A stretch of 64,000 nucleotides of DNA from an uncultured Methanosarcinales archaeon (lineage in GTDB: Archaea; Nanobdellota; Nanobdellia; Woesearchaeales; GW2011-AR15), in NCBI GenBank assembly GCA_964537195.1, contig CAZHYZ010000002.1, positions 66,416 through 130,415 of the forward strand. Reading direction: 5' to 3'. A program made the position numbers and the translations under genes. How positions within the stretch are numbered: the stretch's first letter is position 1; every line of letters starts with the position of its first letter. Below the pieces are notes generated by a model. The model had not been told where the DNA came from and made no database searches. It was given only the letters and a program-made list of their open reading frames with translations. Of this stretch, positions 1 to 8,222 are shown one piece after another.

Positions 1-337
1 TAAATTCTACCTTCTCTAAATCCATTCCACAAGCTTTCCAAACTTCTATAAAATATTTTCCAGTTGACTGGATTTTTTCTAAATCACCTCCCAATTTATT
101 ATTGGCCCATGCATGCCAATCCGCGATTAACATTTTGAAATTTGCACCAGCTTGAACCATCTTGTTAATATTAATGGCTCTTAGAAGGCCTTGTGCAATA
201 TGTATTCTTCCACTAGGTTCAAATCCATCATATGCTACGAACTTCTTCTTTTTTGTTAGAAGTTCCATCAACTCTTCTTTAGTAATTATCTCTTCTCCTA
301 CTTCTTTAATTAATTGGAATCTTTCGTGGACATTCAT
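1..337 (-). CDS. tyrS: Tyrosyl-tRNA synthetase, N-terminal part (C-terminus lies outside the window)
   Basis: Minus-strand translation MNVHERFQLIKEVGEEIITKEELMELL..AYDGFEPSGRIHIAQG..MLIADWHAW matches the archaeal class I TyrRS N-terminus, including the HIGH-like PSGRIH motif. The ATG is at 337. Confidence 0.75.
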   Translation of the reverse strand, partial: MNVHERFQLIKEVGEEIITKEELMELLTKKKKFVAYDGFEPSGRIHIAQGLLRAININKMVQAGANFKMLIADWHAWANNKLGGDLEKIQSTGKYFIEVWKACGMDLEKVEF

Positions 338-458
338 AAGGCAAGAAAATACAGCCTAACTAATAAATGTTTTTAAATCTCACTGGACATTTTGTCGTGA
401 GGTATTTAAACTTCTTTCTCCTTTTTTTCTTTGATTTAATACAAAAGATGAAGAGAAC

Positions 459-1292
459 ATGATTAAATCAAAGATTAAACAACTAAGGAAAGAAGGACAG
501 TCTTATAATGAGATTTCAACCAAGTTGAGAATTTCAAAAACATATGCTAGAAAAGTCGCTAAAAATGTTAAAATGTCTTTTGAAGGAGAGAAAAGATATT
601 ACTCTAGAGTTAAGGGAATTCTTAAAAGAATTAATTCACAAGAAAGTTTAGGAAAGAAGAAAATCAGAATAATTGGAAATCTCTTGTTTGATGGTGCAGT
701 TTTCAAATCAAACTACCATTACGTTGTTTCCTATGTTAATACAACCCAACAAATGGTCATTCTTTTTATACAAGACATGCAGGAGGTTTATGGACTAACA
801 CCTTCTGCGATAGAAATGGGGAAAGGAAAACACCACCCCTTTTTTAGAGTTAAGTATTGTTCAAAGAACCTCTATGATGATTTGTTAAACTATGTGACTT
901 CTTACTCAACAGCAGATTCAAAATGTAAAATAAAAAAAGAGATTATAAATTCAAAACCAAGAAGGCTTGTTGTGTTTCTTCGAACATTCTGGACAAATGA
1001 AGGGTCTGTTTCGGACACAGGAAGACTTACAGCAGATTCTAAAAGCAAAACAATAATAAAACAATTGTCTACAATGCATAAAAATTTAGGAATATTACAT
1101 AATGTGTGTTCATATTCGGTTGGGGAATACGGAACAATGTATAAATTATGTTTGAAAATTTCAAAGGAGAATTATCTAACTTTTTTTAATTTGAACTTAT
1201 TTGGAGATTCAATAATAACAAAAGGAAAAAATATTGGAAAAATGAAACAGACCAAATTAAAAGAGTATATGGTTTCAAGAAATTTTATTTAA
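459..1292 (+). CDS. Free-standing double-motif LAGLIDADG homing endonuclease with an N-terminal HTH
   Basis: Two dodecapeptide motifs are present: IIGNLLFDGAV (first LAGLIDADG) and FLRTFWTNEGSV (second, cf. GFFDAEGS). The N-terminal 40 aa (KQLRKEGQSYNEISTKLRISKTYARKV) look like a resolvase or sigma-type HTH. Confidence 0.55.
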   Translation: MIKSKIKQLRKEGQSYNEISTKLRISKTYARKVAKNVKMSFEGEKRYYSRVKGILKRINSQESLGKKKIRIIGNLLFDGAVFKSNYHYVVSYVNTTQQMVILFIQDMQEVYGLTPSAIEMGKGKHHPFFRVKYCSKNLYDDLLNYVTSYSTADSKCKIKKEIINSKPRRLVVFLRTFWTNEGSVSDTGRLTADSKSKTIIKQLSTMHKNLGILHNVCSYSVGEYGTMYKLCLKISKENYLTFFNLNLFGDSIITKGKNIGKMKQTKLKEYMVSRNFI

Positions 1293-1295
1293 AAA

Positions 1296-1439
1296 CGGAC
1301 AGCGAATCCGTTTTCCCGTATGAAATACAGTACTCACGGAAACGTCGGCGGCTTTTACTTCGGTGTTCGGACTCCCCTTCTCCAGGTGTATTACCAGAAA
1401 AATATGGGTACCGGTAGGACACCGCCACTATGGCCGTCC
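1296..1439 (-). rRNA. rrf: 5S ribosomal RNA with a ~33-nt insertion in the loop C region
   Basis: The minus strand reads GGACGGCCATAGTGGCGG..CCGGTACCCAT[33 nt]CCGAACACCGAAGTAAAAGCCGCCGACG..GAGTACTG..ACGGGAA..CGCTGTCCG. This matches the conserved archaeal 5S helices I, II and V, loop C and loop E. It is a GC-rich island in an AT-rich background and is followed by a T-run. Confidence 0.75.
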
Positions 1440-1462
1440 ATGTAGCAAGAAAAACAAGTCAT

Positions 1463-2272
1463 TTATAAAGATTTTGCATCTATGCCTTTCAAATCCTTTC
1501 TCGTCTTAAGTTTTATGACTTTAGACGTGCTTAAATATCCGTTCAGAAAGCCTTTTTCTGCTAAGGCTGGAAAAATATCTCTTTCTAGGCTGTGTCCAGC
1601 ATATTCTAATATCTCTGGCTGAGCTATAAATATTGAGGAAAATCCAAGATAAACATCAGATACAGCAGGTTTTTGTATGAATTCCATTATTTTAGAGCCT
1701 TCAATTTTAACAACACCTTTCTTTGTAGGGTCGGGCGTTGTAGTAAGTAATAAGGTGGCAACACCTTTCCTCTTTAAATGTTCGTTCCATAACTCTTCAA
1801 TGTTTAGATTAGAAAACAAAATATCTCCATATACAACAAGAAAACTAGATTTTAACTTTCCCCTCAATAGTTTCAATGAGTCTCCTGTTCCTTGAGAATC
1901 TTTTTCCTCAACATATTCTATATTTACACCATACTTTGATCCGTTTTGTACAATAGAAAAAACTTCATTTACAACGTTCTTTCTTGCAATCAAATATATT
2001 GTTTTAAAACCTTCTTCCTTTAACTTCTTTAACATAACTTCAATTACTGTGTTTCCATTGAATTTTCCAGTTATTCTGTATTCGGTATCAGAGATTTTTA
2101 TGTCTTCTTCAGGACCACCAGACAAGATTACAGCAGCTTTATTTTCACCAAGAGCAGATTTAACTAAGAGTTCTATTGCTTGACTCCTATTTCTTATGTA
2201 TATGTTGTCTATTATGTTATCAATATCTTTTAATGTCTTCTCATTAATAGTAATAGAAATCTTTTTTTTCAT
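1463..2272 (-). CDS. Sugar-phosphate nucleotidyltransferase (NTP_transferase fold) with an N-terminal ribbon-helix-helix (CopG-like) domain
   Basis: The N-terminus MKKKISITINEKTLKDIDNII..RNRSQAIELLVKSAL has the beta-alpha-alpha RHH pattern. The rest (AVILSGG..GTGDSL..VVYGDILF) is a glucose-1-phosphate thymidylyl/uridylyltransferase-like core. Confidence 0.6.
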   Translation of the reverse strand: MKKKISITINEKTLKDIDNIIDNIYIRNRSQAIELLVKSALGENKAAVILSGGPEEDIKISDTEYRITGKFNGNTVIEVMLKKLKEEGFKTIYLIARKNVVNEVFSIVQNGSKYGVNIEYVEEKDSQGTGDSLKLLRGKLKSSFLVVYGDILFSNLNIEELWNEHLKRKGVATLLLTTTPDPTKKGVVKIEGSKIMEFIQKPAVSDVYLGFSSIFIAQPEILEYAGHSLERDIFPALAEKGFLNGYLSTSKVIKLKTRKDLKGIDAKSL

Positions 2273-2373
2273 TCAGAACCGAAAAAACAAACAGAATATA
2301 TAAATATATCGCATAAAGTAAGATAACGGTAAGATATATAAATTATTACGATTTGTAGAGGAAAGTGATTTAA

Positions 2374-3636
2374 ATGAAAATATCAGTAATCGGACTCGGA
2401 TACGTAGGATTAATACAAGCAGCAGGCACAGCAAAACTAGGTCATGATGTGATTGGCATAGATATAGATGAAACAAAGGTTGATAAGATAAATAAAAAAG
2501 AACCCCCCATATATGAAGAAGGCCTAAAAGAATTACTTTCTGAAGTTGTTCCTTCTAAATTAAAAGCAACAACAGACATAAAAAGAATTTTGGATACAGA
2601 TGTAACTTTTATTTGTGTAGGCACTCCTTCAAAAAAACAAGGCAACATGTCTTTACATCAATTGGATCATGTACTTGCTCAAGTTGGCAAGTTAATAAAA
2701 AACAAAAAACACATTTTTGTAGTCAAATCAACGGTTGTTCCAGGAACATGTGAAGAAGTAGTTATTCCTAAACTTGAAGAGAGTTCTGGAAACAAATTTT
2801 CTGAAGGGTTCTCAGTTGTCATGAATCCTGAGTTTTTAAGAGAAGGACAAGCTATAGAAGACTTCTTTAATCCGGATAGAGTTGTATTAGGAAGTTCAGA
2901 TAAAAAAGCAATTAAGGAAGTAAAAAAGATATATTCTAAATTTGATTGTCCTGTTTTAGAAACAAAATTCAAAGAAGCAGAAATGATTAAGTATGCTTCT
3001 AATGCTTTTTTAGCAACAAAGATATCTTTCATAAACGAAATAGGAAACATTTCGAAGAGGTATGGGATCGATACTAACATTGTTGCAAAAGGTATTGGAC
3101 TAGATACTAGAATTAATGAGAGATTCTTACGCTCTGGGATAGGGTTTGGTGGAAGTTGTTTTCCTAAAGATGTAAATGCTATTGTGTACAAAGGCACAGA
3201 ACTAGGTTATTCTCCGAGATTGTTGAGAGCAGTTCTTGATATAAACAGGGAACAACCATTAAAATTAATTGAGTTGTTGGAAAAAAAGGGACCAATAAAA
3301 GGAAAGAAAATAGGATTACTGGGATTAACCTTTAAGGCCGGCACAGATGACATTAGAGAGAGCCCAGCATTAACAACAATTAAAGAGTTATTAATGGAAG
3401 AAGCAGTGTTGTCAATATATGATCCAAAGGCGATGGAAAAAGTAAAGAGAATATTTCCCCACCTTAACTATGCCAAAACAGGGCAGGAAGTTATAGATAA
3501 GAGTGAAATAATTCTTATATTGACCGAGTGGACAGAATTCAAGAAATTAAATTATGGCAAGAAACCCGTAATAGATGGAAAAAACTTGTTTTTCGATAAT
3601 AATATTCCTGAGAACTATGAAGGGATTTGTTGGTAA
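2374..3636 (+). CDS. ugd: UDP-glucose 6-dehydrogenase
   Basis: MKISVIGLGYVGL Rossmann N-terminus, catalytic GGSCFPKD motif, and UDPG_MGDP_dh N, central and C domains over 420 aa. Confidence 0.85.
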   Translation: MKISVIGLGYVGLIQAAGTAKLGHDVIGIDIDETKVDKINKKEPPIYEEGLKELLSEVVPSKLKATTDIKRILDTDVTFICVGTPSKKQGNMSLHQLDHVLAQVGKLIKNKKHIFVVKSTVVPGTCEEVVIPKLEESSGNKFSEGFSVVMNPEFLREGQAIEDFFNPDRVVLGSSDKKAIKEVKKIYSKFDCPVLETKFKEAEMIKYASNAFLATKISFINEIGNISKRYGIDTNIVAKGIGLDTRINERFLRSGIGFGGSCFPKDVNAIVYKGTELGYSPRLLRAVLDINREQPLKLIELLEKKGPIKGKKIGLLGLTFKAGTDDIRESPALTTIKELLMEEAVLSIYDPKAMEKVKRIFPHLNYAKTGQEVIDKSEIILILTEWTEFKKLNYGKKPVIDGKNLFFDNNIPENYEGICW

Positions 3637-3713
3637 TTAGTAATATTATAGTAAAATATTTATATTATTTACTTTTTTCTTAGTAATATTTTAATAAATA
3701 AAGAGGTGTTTTT

Positions 3714-6326
3714 ATGAAGAAAATTTTGTTATTATTTTTGTTTGTCTTTTTAATGTGTGCCTTTGTTACCGCAGATCTGACAGACGGATTATATTCTTAT
3801 TTTCCAATGGAAAATCATTCTGATATTTTGGGATACGCTAAGACAGGAGATATAGGCCAAGTATCTTATACTCCTGGCTTGATTGGGAAAGCTCTGAATA
3901 TAACTACTGATGCCACCAACTCAATGATATATTTTGGAGATAGTGTTAGTGATAGAGACAATACTTATAGAGACGTAATGTTTAATGATAGCACGGTTAA
4001 TGTTTGGGTATATGTTAGGGAATTTGATTCTTTGACTTCAGGAAAAGAAGCTATCTTTGGGGGCAGTCCGAGAGAAAAAGAGAGATTGGGAGGGTGTACT
4101 TATGAAACCAACCCTTGGGAAATTGTTCTTAGAAAAGTTCCAAAATGTAACTATGATAATTGTCCTGATGACACTAACAAAGTAGAAGTCAGCTTTGAGA
4201 TTTTTTATTATTCTGCGCCAAAGGAAATAGATACAAACAAAACCTTATTTTTGAAAAATAAGGAAACCAAGGTCGAAGAAAAAAGTTGGAATATGTTAAC
4301 TATGTTGCATATAAAAAACAAGAGTTATAAAATGTATTTTAATGGAATATTTCAAGAGACTAAAAACATAAAGAATGAGGAAAAAAACTTTGTAATTAAT
4401 GCTTCTTGTCCCTATGCTATAGGGGGAAGACCACTTATTACAACATATGGGTTTCCTTTTTCGGGACAAATAGACGAACTCGGCGTCTGGAACAGGGCAC
4501 TTTCAGAAGGAGAAATTAAGGAACTATATAATAAGGGAAAAGGCAAAACATATCCTTTTGAAAAAGAGCAAGAAGTCGATCCTCTGTTGTTAAAATTTGC
4601 ACCAGTCATCAAGCTTCACCCAGAAGAGTATTATGAATTTAAAGAAATATCTGGTCTAATGGATTATTCTAACTTAATGAACGGAGAAGAATTAATTTCT
4701 GGAGCCCCAACAAAAACAAATAATATTTCTAATTTGTCAAACTCAAGAGATTATTCAATGGACTTTGTTAATATTGATGTAAATGAACCTTATGATTTAC
4801 CAGATCCCAACATTTTTCTAAATTATTCACCCACAATTTACTCGAGAATAGAGGAAGATGAGTATGGGTTTAAACACCTACAATATTTTTTCTTCTTCCC
4901 TTTCCAAAATTACAAACATATGAATCACGAGGGAGACTGGGAGTATGTTGAAGTGATTTTGAATAGTGCTAACAAGATTCATAGTGTTACATATTATTTT
5001 AGTGTTTTTGCGGAAACATATTTTGACAACACACTTCTAGATTTTTTTAATGAAACACATCCAATAGTGTATGTAGCAAAAGGAAGCCATAACACGTACG
5101 GAAGTTTAGAACCCTATAATTTTCAAGATATTCCTTTCTTTCCAGAAGACTTTGCTGAAGAAATGTTGTTTTGGGAAAAGGTTTTTAGGATAGTAAAACA
5201 AACAGATTCTGTTGATGAAGCAGGGAAGACAATATATCCACGTACTCTATCTGAAAACGGATACATTTTGGAGCAGATAGACAAAAACACACCTTGGGCG
5301 AATTATGAAGGAAGATGGGGTCAGGATGCTAAAGCCTTTTTGAGGAAAGGTCCAAGATCTCCACAATATGATGCTCGGTTTGATAACTGGGACCTTAATA
5401 ATTATTTTTCTGTGTTTGGAGACACAATTATCGGAGTAAATTTACATAGTCCACTTAATATTTCTCTTTTAGACAAACAAGGGCAAGTAATAACCAAAGC
5501 TTCTGAACACCTTGTTTATCACACAGGTCCAGACGATCCTGAATTTATTATGTTAAAGGGTATTGAAGAGGTCACGCTTTTTTTAGACTCATACAAACCT
5601 GGAAATTTTTCATTAGACATATTTTATTACAATAACAATACCGTTTCAGGACTCTTGGTGGAATATGTCAATCTTACCACATATGAAAATACCTTTGCAA
5701 GACTAAACATCAGTCTCAATTCAGTATTTGTTCTTCAAATAGATTTAGATGGGGACGAAAACTATGAATCAGAGATTTATCCAAACAAATATGTTGTTTA
5801 TAATGGGTTTTCTCTTCCAGATAGAGATAGGGACAATGTGACAGATTTTGAGGACAATTGCCCAGAAATTAGTAATCCAGAACAAAAAGACTTTAATGAA
5901 GACGACAAAGGAGACGCATGTGACAACCCAAGATATTACAAAGAAAGAGCTCTAGAAAACTTAGAAACCCTTGAAGCAGAGCACAGAAGAGACAAAATAA
6001 AAGTAATGTTGGCAAAAAGAAATCTCAAACAAAGCTTGCAAGACCAATTGTGGAAAGACAATTTTGATATTAACAATAAAAATGTTTTTTTAAGAGAACA
6101 TGTGGCAAGTAGAATGCTTAAAGACAAAGAGTTTTCTAAGTTGTTGGCAAAAGCAGACTCACTTATTGTAGAGAAAAAAATTGCTCAAACAAGGTTAAAT
6201 AGAAAACAAGAGAAAGTAGTTGAAAAGATGTATGAAAGAGCCAACACACACTATAAAGAGGAGAGATATAACAGAGCTATTCTTTCATATATGCATATTT
6301 GGATATTGTTAAATAAGAAAGCTTAA
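3714..6326 (+). CDS. Secreted multidomain protein: signal peptide, LamG-like lectin, Vps62/DUF946-like domain, thrombospondin type-3 Ca-binding repeat, C-terminal coiled coil
   Basis: Signal peptide MKKILLLFLFVFLMCAFVTA. LamG signature GQIDELGVWNRALSEGEIKELYNKG. HEGDWEYVEV motif. TSP3-like DRDRDNVTDFEDNCPEISNPEQKDFNEDDKGDACDN. Confidence 0.5.
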   Translation: MKKILLLFLFVFLMCAFVTADLTDGLYSYFPMENHSDILGYAKTGDIGQVSYTPGLIGKALNITTDATNSMIYFGDSVSDRDNTYRDVMFNDSTVNVWVYVREFDSLTSGKEAIFGGSPREKERLGGCTYETNPWEIVLRKVPKCNYDNCPDDTNKVEVSFEIFYYSAPKEIDTNKTLFLKNKETKVEEKSWNMLTMLHIKNKSYKMYFNGIFQETKNIKNEEKNFVINASCPYAIGGRPLITTYGFPFSGQIDELGVWNRALSEGEIKELYNKGKGKTYPFEKEQEVDPLLLKFAPVIKLHPEEYYEFKEISGLMDYSNLMNGEELISGAPTKTNNISNLSNSRDYSMDFVNIDVNEPYDLPDPNIFLNYSPTIYSRIEEDEYGFKHLQYFFFFPFQNYKHMNHEGDWEYVEVILNSANKIHSVTYYFSVFAETYFDNTLLDFFNETHPIVYVAKGSHNTYGSLEPYNFQDIPFFPEDFAEEMLFWEKVFRIVKQTDSVDEAGKTIYPRTLSENGYILEQIDKNTPWANYEGRWGQDAKAFLRKGPRSPQYDARFDNWDLNNYFSVFGDTIIGVNLHSPLNISLLDKQGQVITKASEHLVYHTGPDDPEFIMLKGIEEVTLFLDSYKPGNFSLDIFYYNNNTVSGLLVEYVNLTTYENTFARLNISLNSVFVLQIDLDGDENYESEIYPNKYVVYNGFSLPDRDRDNVTDFEDNCPEISNPEQKDFNEDDKGDACDNPRYYKERALENLETLEAEHRRDKIKVMLAKRNLKQSLQDQLWKDNFDINNKNVFLREHVASRMLKDKEFSKLLAKADSLIVEKKIAQTRLNRKQEKVVEKMYERANTHYKEERYNRAILSYMHIWILLNKKA

Positions 6327-6352
6327 AATAAGAGCAGTCTTTCTTTTTTTTA

Positions 6353-7618
6353 ATGAAAGTTGCAATCATAGGTCTGGGTTATGTTGGTCTGCCACTAGCT
6401 ATACTTTGTTCTAAAAAAGGCCACGAAGTTATAGGTGTTGATGTTAATAAGGAAAAAGTTGAAAAAATTAACAAAGAGACAAGTCCGATAGAGGATAGTT
6501 ATATTAAGCAAAATTTGAAAAAAGCACCAATAAAAGCAACCACAGATTTTTCTCAAATAGAAAAAGCAGAAGTAATCATTGTTTGTGTGCCTACTCCGGT
6601 AGATGAAAAACACATCCCAGATTTAAGTTATGTTGTTTCTGCATCCGAAAGTGTTTCAGAGTACTTAAAAAAAGGTCAAACAATTATTATAGAGTCTACA
6701 GTACATCCAGGAACAACTGAGGAAGTTGTAAAACCAATTCTTGAAAAAACAAGTCTGAAAGCAGGAAAAGATTTCTTTTTAGCTCATTGTCCAGAGAGAA
6801 TTGATCCCGGAAACAAAAAATGGACTATTGAGAATATTCCAAGAGTTGTAGGTGGTATTGGTAAAGAGAGCACAAAGAAAGTAGCAGCGTTCTACAATTC
6901 AATAATCGATGCGGAAATAATTCAGGTTACTAGTCCCAAGGAAGCAGAAGCCACAAAAATAATGGAAAACACATTTAGGGATGTTAATATTGCGTTTGTT
7001 AATGAAATGGCAAAAAGTTTTGATAAAGCAGGTATTGATATAACAGAAGTAATTAAAGGAGCTTCTTCCAAACCATTTGGATTTATGCCACATTATCCAG
7101 GGGCAGGAGTGGGAGGACATTGTATTGCTGTTGACCCATATTATTTAATAGATAATGCAAAAAAATATGAATTTGATCACGAGTTTTTGAAATTAGCGAG
7201 GAAAATAAACAACAGCATGCCTGAATACACAGTTGGTTTATTGGTAGAGGAACTAAATAAGATTGGAAAAAGTGTGAAAGGTGCTAAAGTCGGCATTTTG
7301 GGGTTAGCATATAAAGCAGGGATAGATGATATGAGAGAAAGTCCTGCACTGAAGATAATTAAGATTTTGAAAAAGAAAGGAGCAGACATAGTTATTTATG
7401 ATCCTTTTATTCTAGAAAAGTCAGATGTTCAATCTTTAAAAGAACTATTGGAGAAAGTTGATTATTTGGTTTTGGTTACAGATCATAAGGAGTTTAAAGA
7501 GATGGAGCTTGGGTTGTTAGTACAGAGGAACATTAAAGTTGTTATTGATGGTAGGAATTGTTTGGATAACGAGAAAATAATGAAAAAAGGTATAAAATAT
7601 AGGGCTGTGGGAAGATGA
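6353..7618 (+). CDS. Nucleotide-sugar dehydrogenase (UDP-N-acetyl-D-mannosamine or -glucosamine dehydrogenase-like)
   Basis: MKVAIIGLGYVGLPLA N-terminus and GGHCI catalytic Cys motif. It is a paralogue of the ugd family but clearly distinct from the gene at 2374. Confidence 0.75.
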   Translation: MKVAIIGLGYVGLPLAILCSKKGHEVIGVDVNKEKVEKINKETSPIEDSYIKQNLKKAPIKATTDFSQIEKAEVIIVCVPTPVDEKHIPDLSYVVSASESVSEYLKKGQTIIIESTVHPGTTEEVVKPILEKTSLKAGKDFFLAHCPERIDPGNKKWTIENIPRVVGGIGKESTKKVAAFYNSIIDAEIIQVTSPKEAEATKIMENTFRDVNIAFVNEMAKSFDKAGIDITEVIKGASSKPFGFMPHYPGAGVGGHCIAVDPYYLIDNAKKYEFDHEFLKLARKINNSMPEYTVGLLVEELNKIGKSVKGAKVGILGLAYKAGIDDMRESPALKIIKILKKKGADIVIYDPFILEKSDVQSLKELLEKVDYLVLVTDHKEFKEMELGLLVQRNIKVVIDGRNCLDNEKIMKKGIKYRAVGR

Positions 7619-8193
7619 AGAGAAGACCGCTATTGACCCGTATCAGACAACATTTTTTTTGGGAAGCAAGCCCAGGAGAAGTCCTTTCTAAAATTATTGA
7701 TAAAGCGGAATATAAAATCTATGCAGAGATTGGCGTTTGGAAAGGGGTAACTGCAGAACATATTGCAGAGAACTGTGTTTTTCTCAAAAAGATTTATTTG
7801 GTTGATCCTTATGATAGCAACATAGAATATAAGGAAGGAAGATTATACAAAAAAGGAGAGGATAAAACAGTTAGGAGAGCAAAAGAAGAAATGTTGTCTA
7901 GAACAAGGAGATTCTCAAACATACAGTATGTCTATAAAACAAGCAAAGAAGCAAACAAAGATTTCAAAGATAAGACATTAGATGTGGTCTTTATAGATGC
8001 CATACACGAATATAATTCTGTGAAGGAAGACATTTTTTTATGGAAACCAAAGGTAAAGAGAGGAGGAATTATTTGTGGTCACGACTACAATAACAGATAT
8101 AAAAATCATGTAGTGAGGGCTGTGGATGAAATTTTTAATTTGGATAAAATAATGCTTTTTGACAACGCAATCTGGGCAGTTAGAGTTAATTAG
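7615..8193 (+). CDS. Class I SAM-dependent methyltransferase (Methyltransf_24 / TylF-like O-methyltransferase family)
   Basis: VVFIDAIHEYNSVKEDI..GGIICGHDY pattern typical of the cephalosporin-hydroxylase/macrocin O-MTase fold. Its start overlaps the upstream dehydrogenase stop. Confidence 0.5.
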   Translation: MKRRPLLTRIRQHFFWEASPGEVLSKIIDKAEYKIYAEIGVWKGVTAEHIAENCVFLKKIYLVDPYDSNIEYKEGRLYKKGEDKTVRRAKEEMLSRTRRFSNIQYVYKTSKEANKDFKDKTLDVVFIDAIHEYNSVKEDIFLWKPKVKRGGIICGHDYNNRYKNHVVRAVDEIFNLDKIMLFDNAIWAVRVN

Positions 8194-8222
8194 AGCTTAA
8201 AAAAAATAAGGAAAAAGTAAAA

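Noticed and set aside
1293-1320. Hairpin AAAACGGA CAGCGAA TCCGTTTT, initially read as a rho-independent-like terminator for the LAGLIDADG gene
   Set aside because: It is the 3' strand of 5S rRNA helix I plus the 5S T-run terminator on the opposite strand. It may terminate both convergent transcripts, but it is not an independent element.
1677-1895. 72-aa + strand ORF inside the RHH-nucleotidyltransferase gene
   Set aside because: It is entirely antisense to a well-supported CDS, has a low-complexity translation, and contains no motif. It is a typical shadow ORF in AT-rich DNA.
2679-3197. 172-aa minus-strand ORF antisense to ugd
   Set aside because: It is embedded in the UDP-glucose dehydrogenase gene, whose conserved motifs all read on the + strand.
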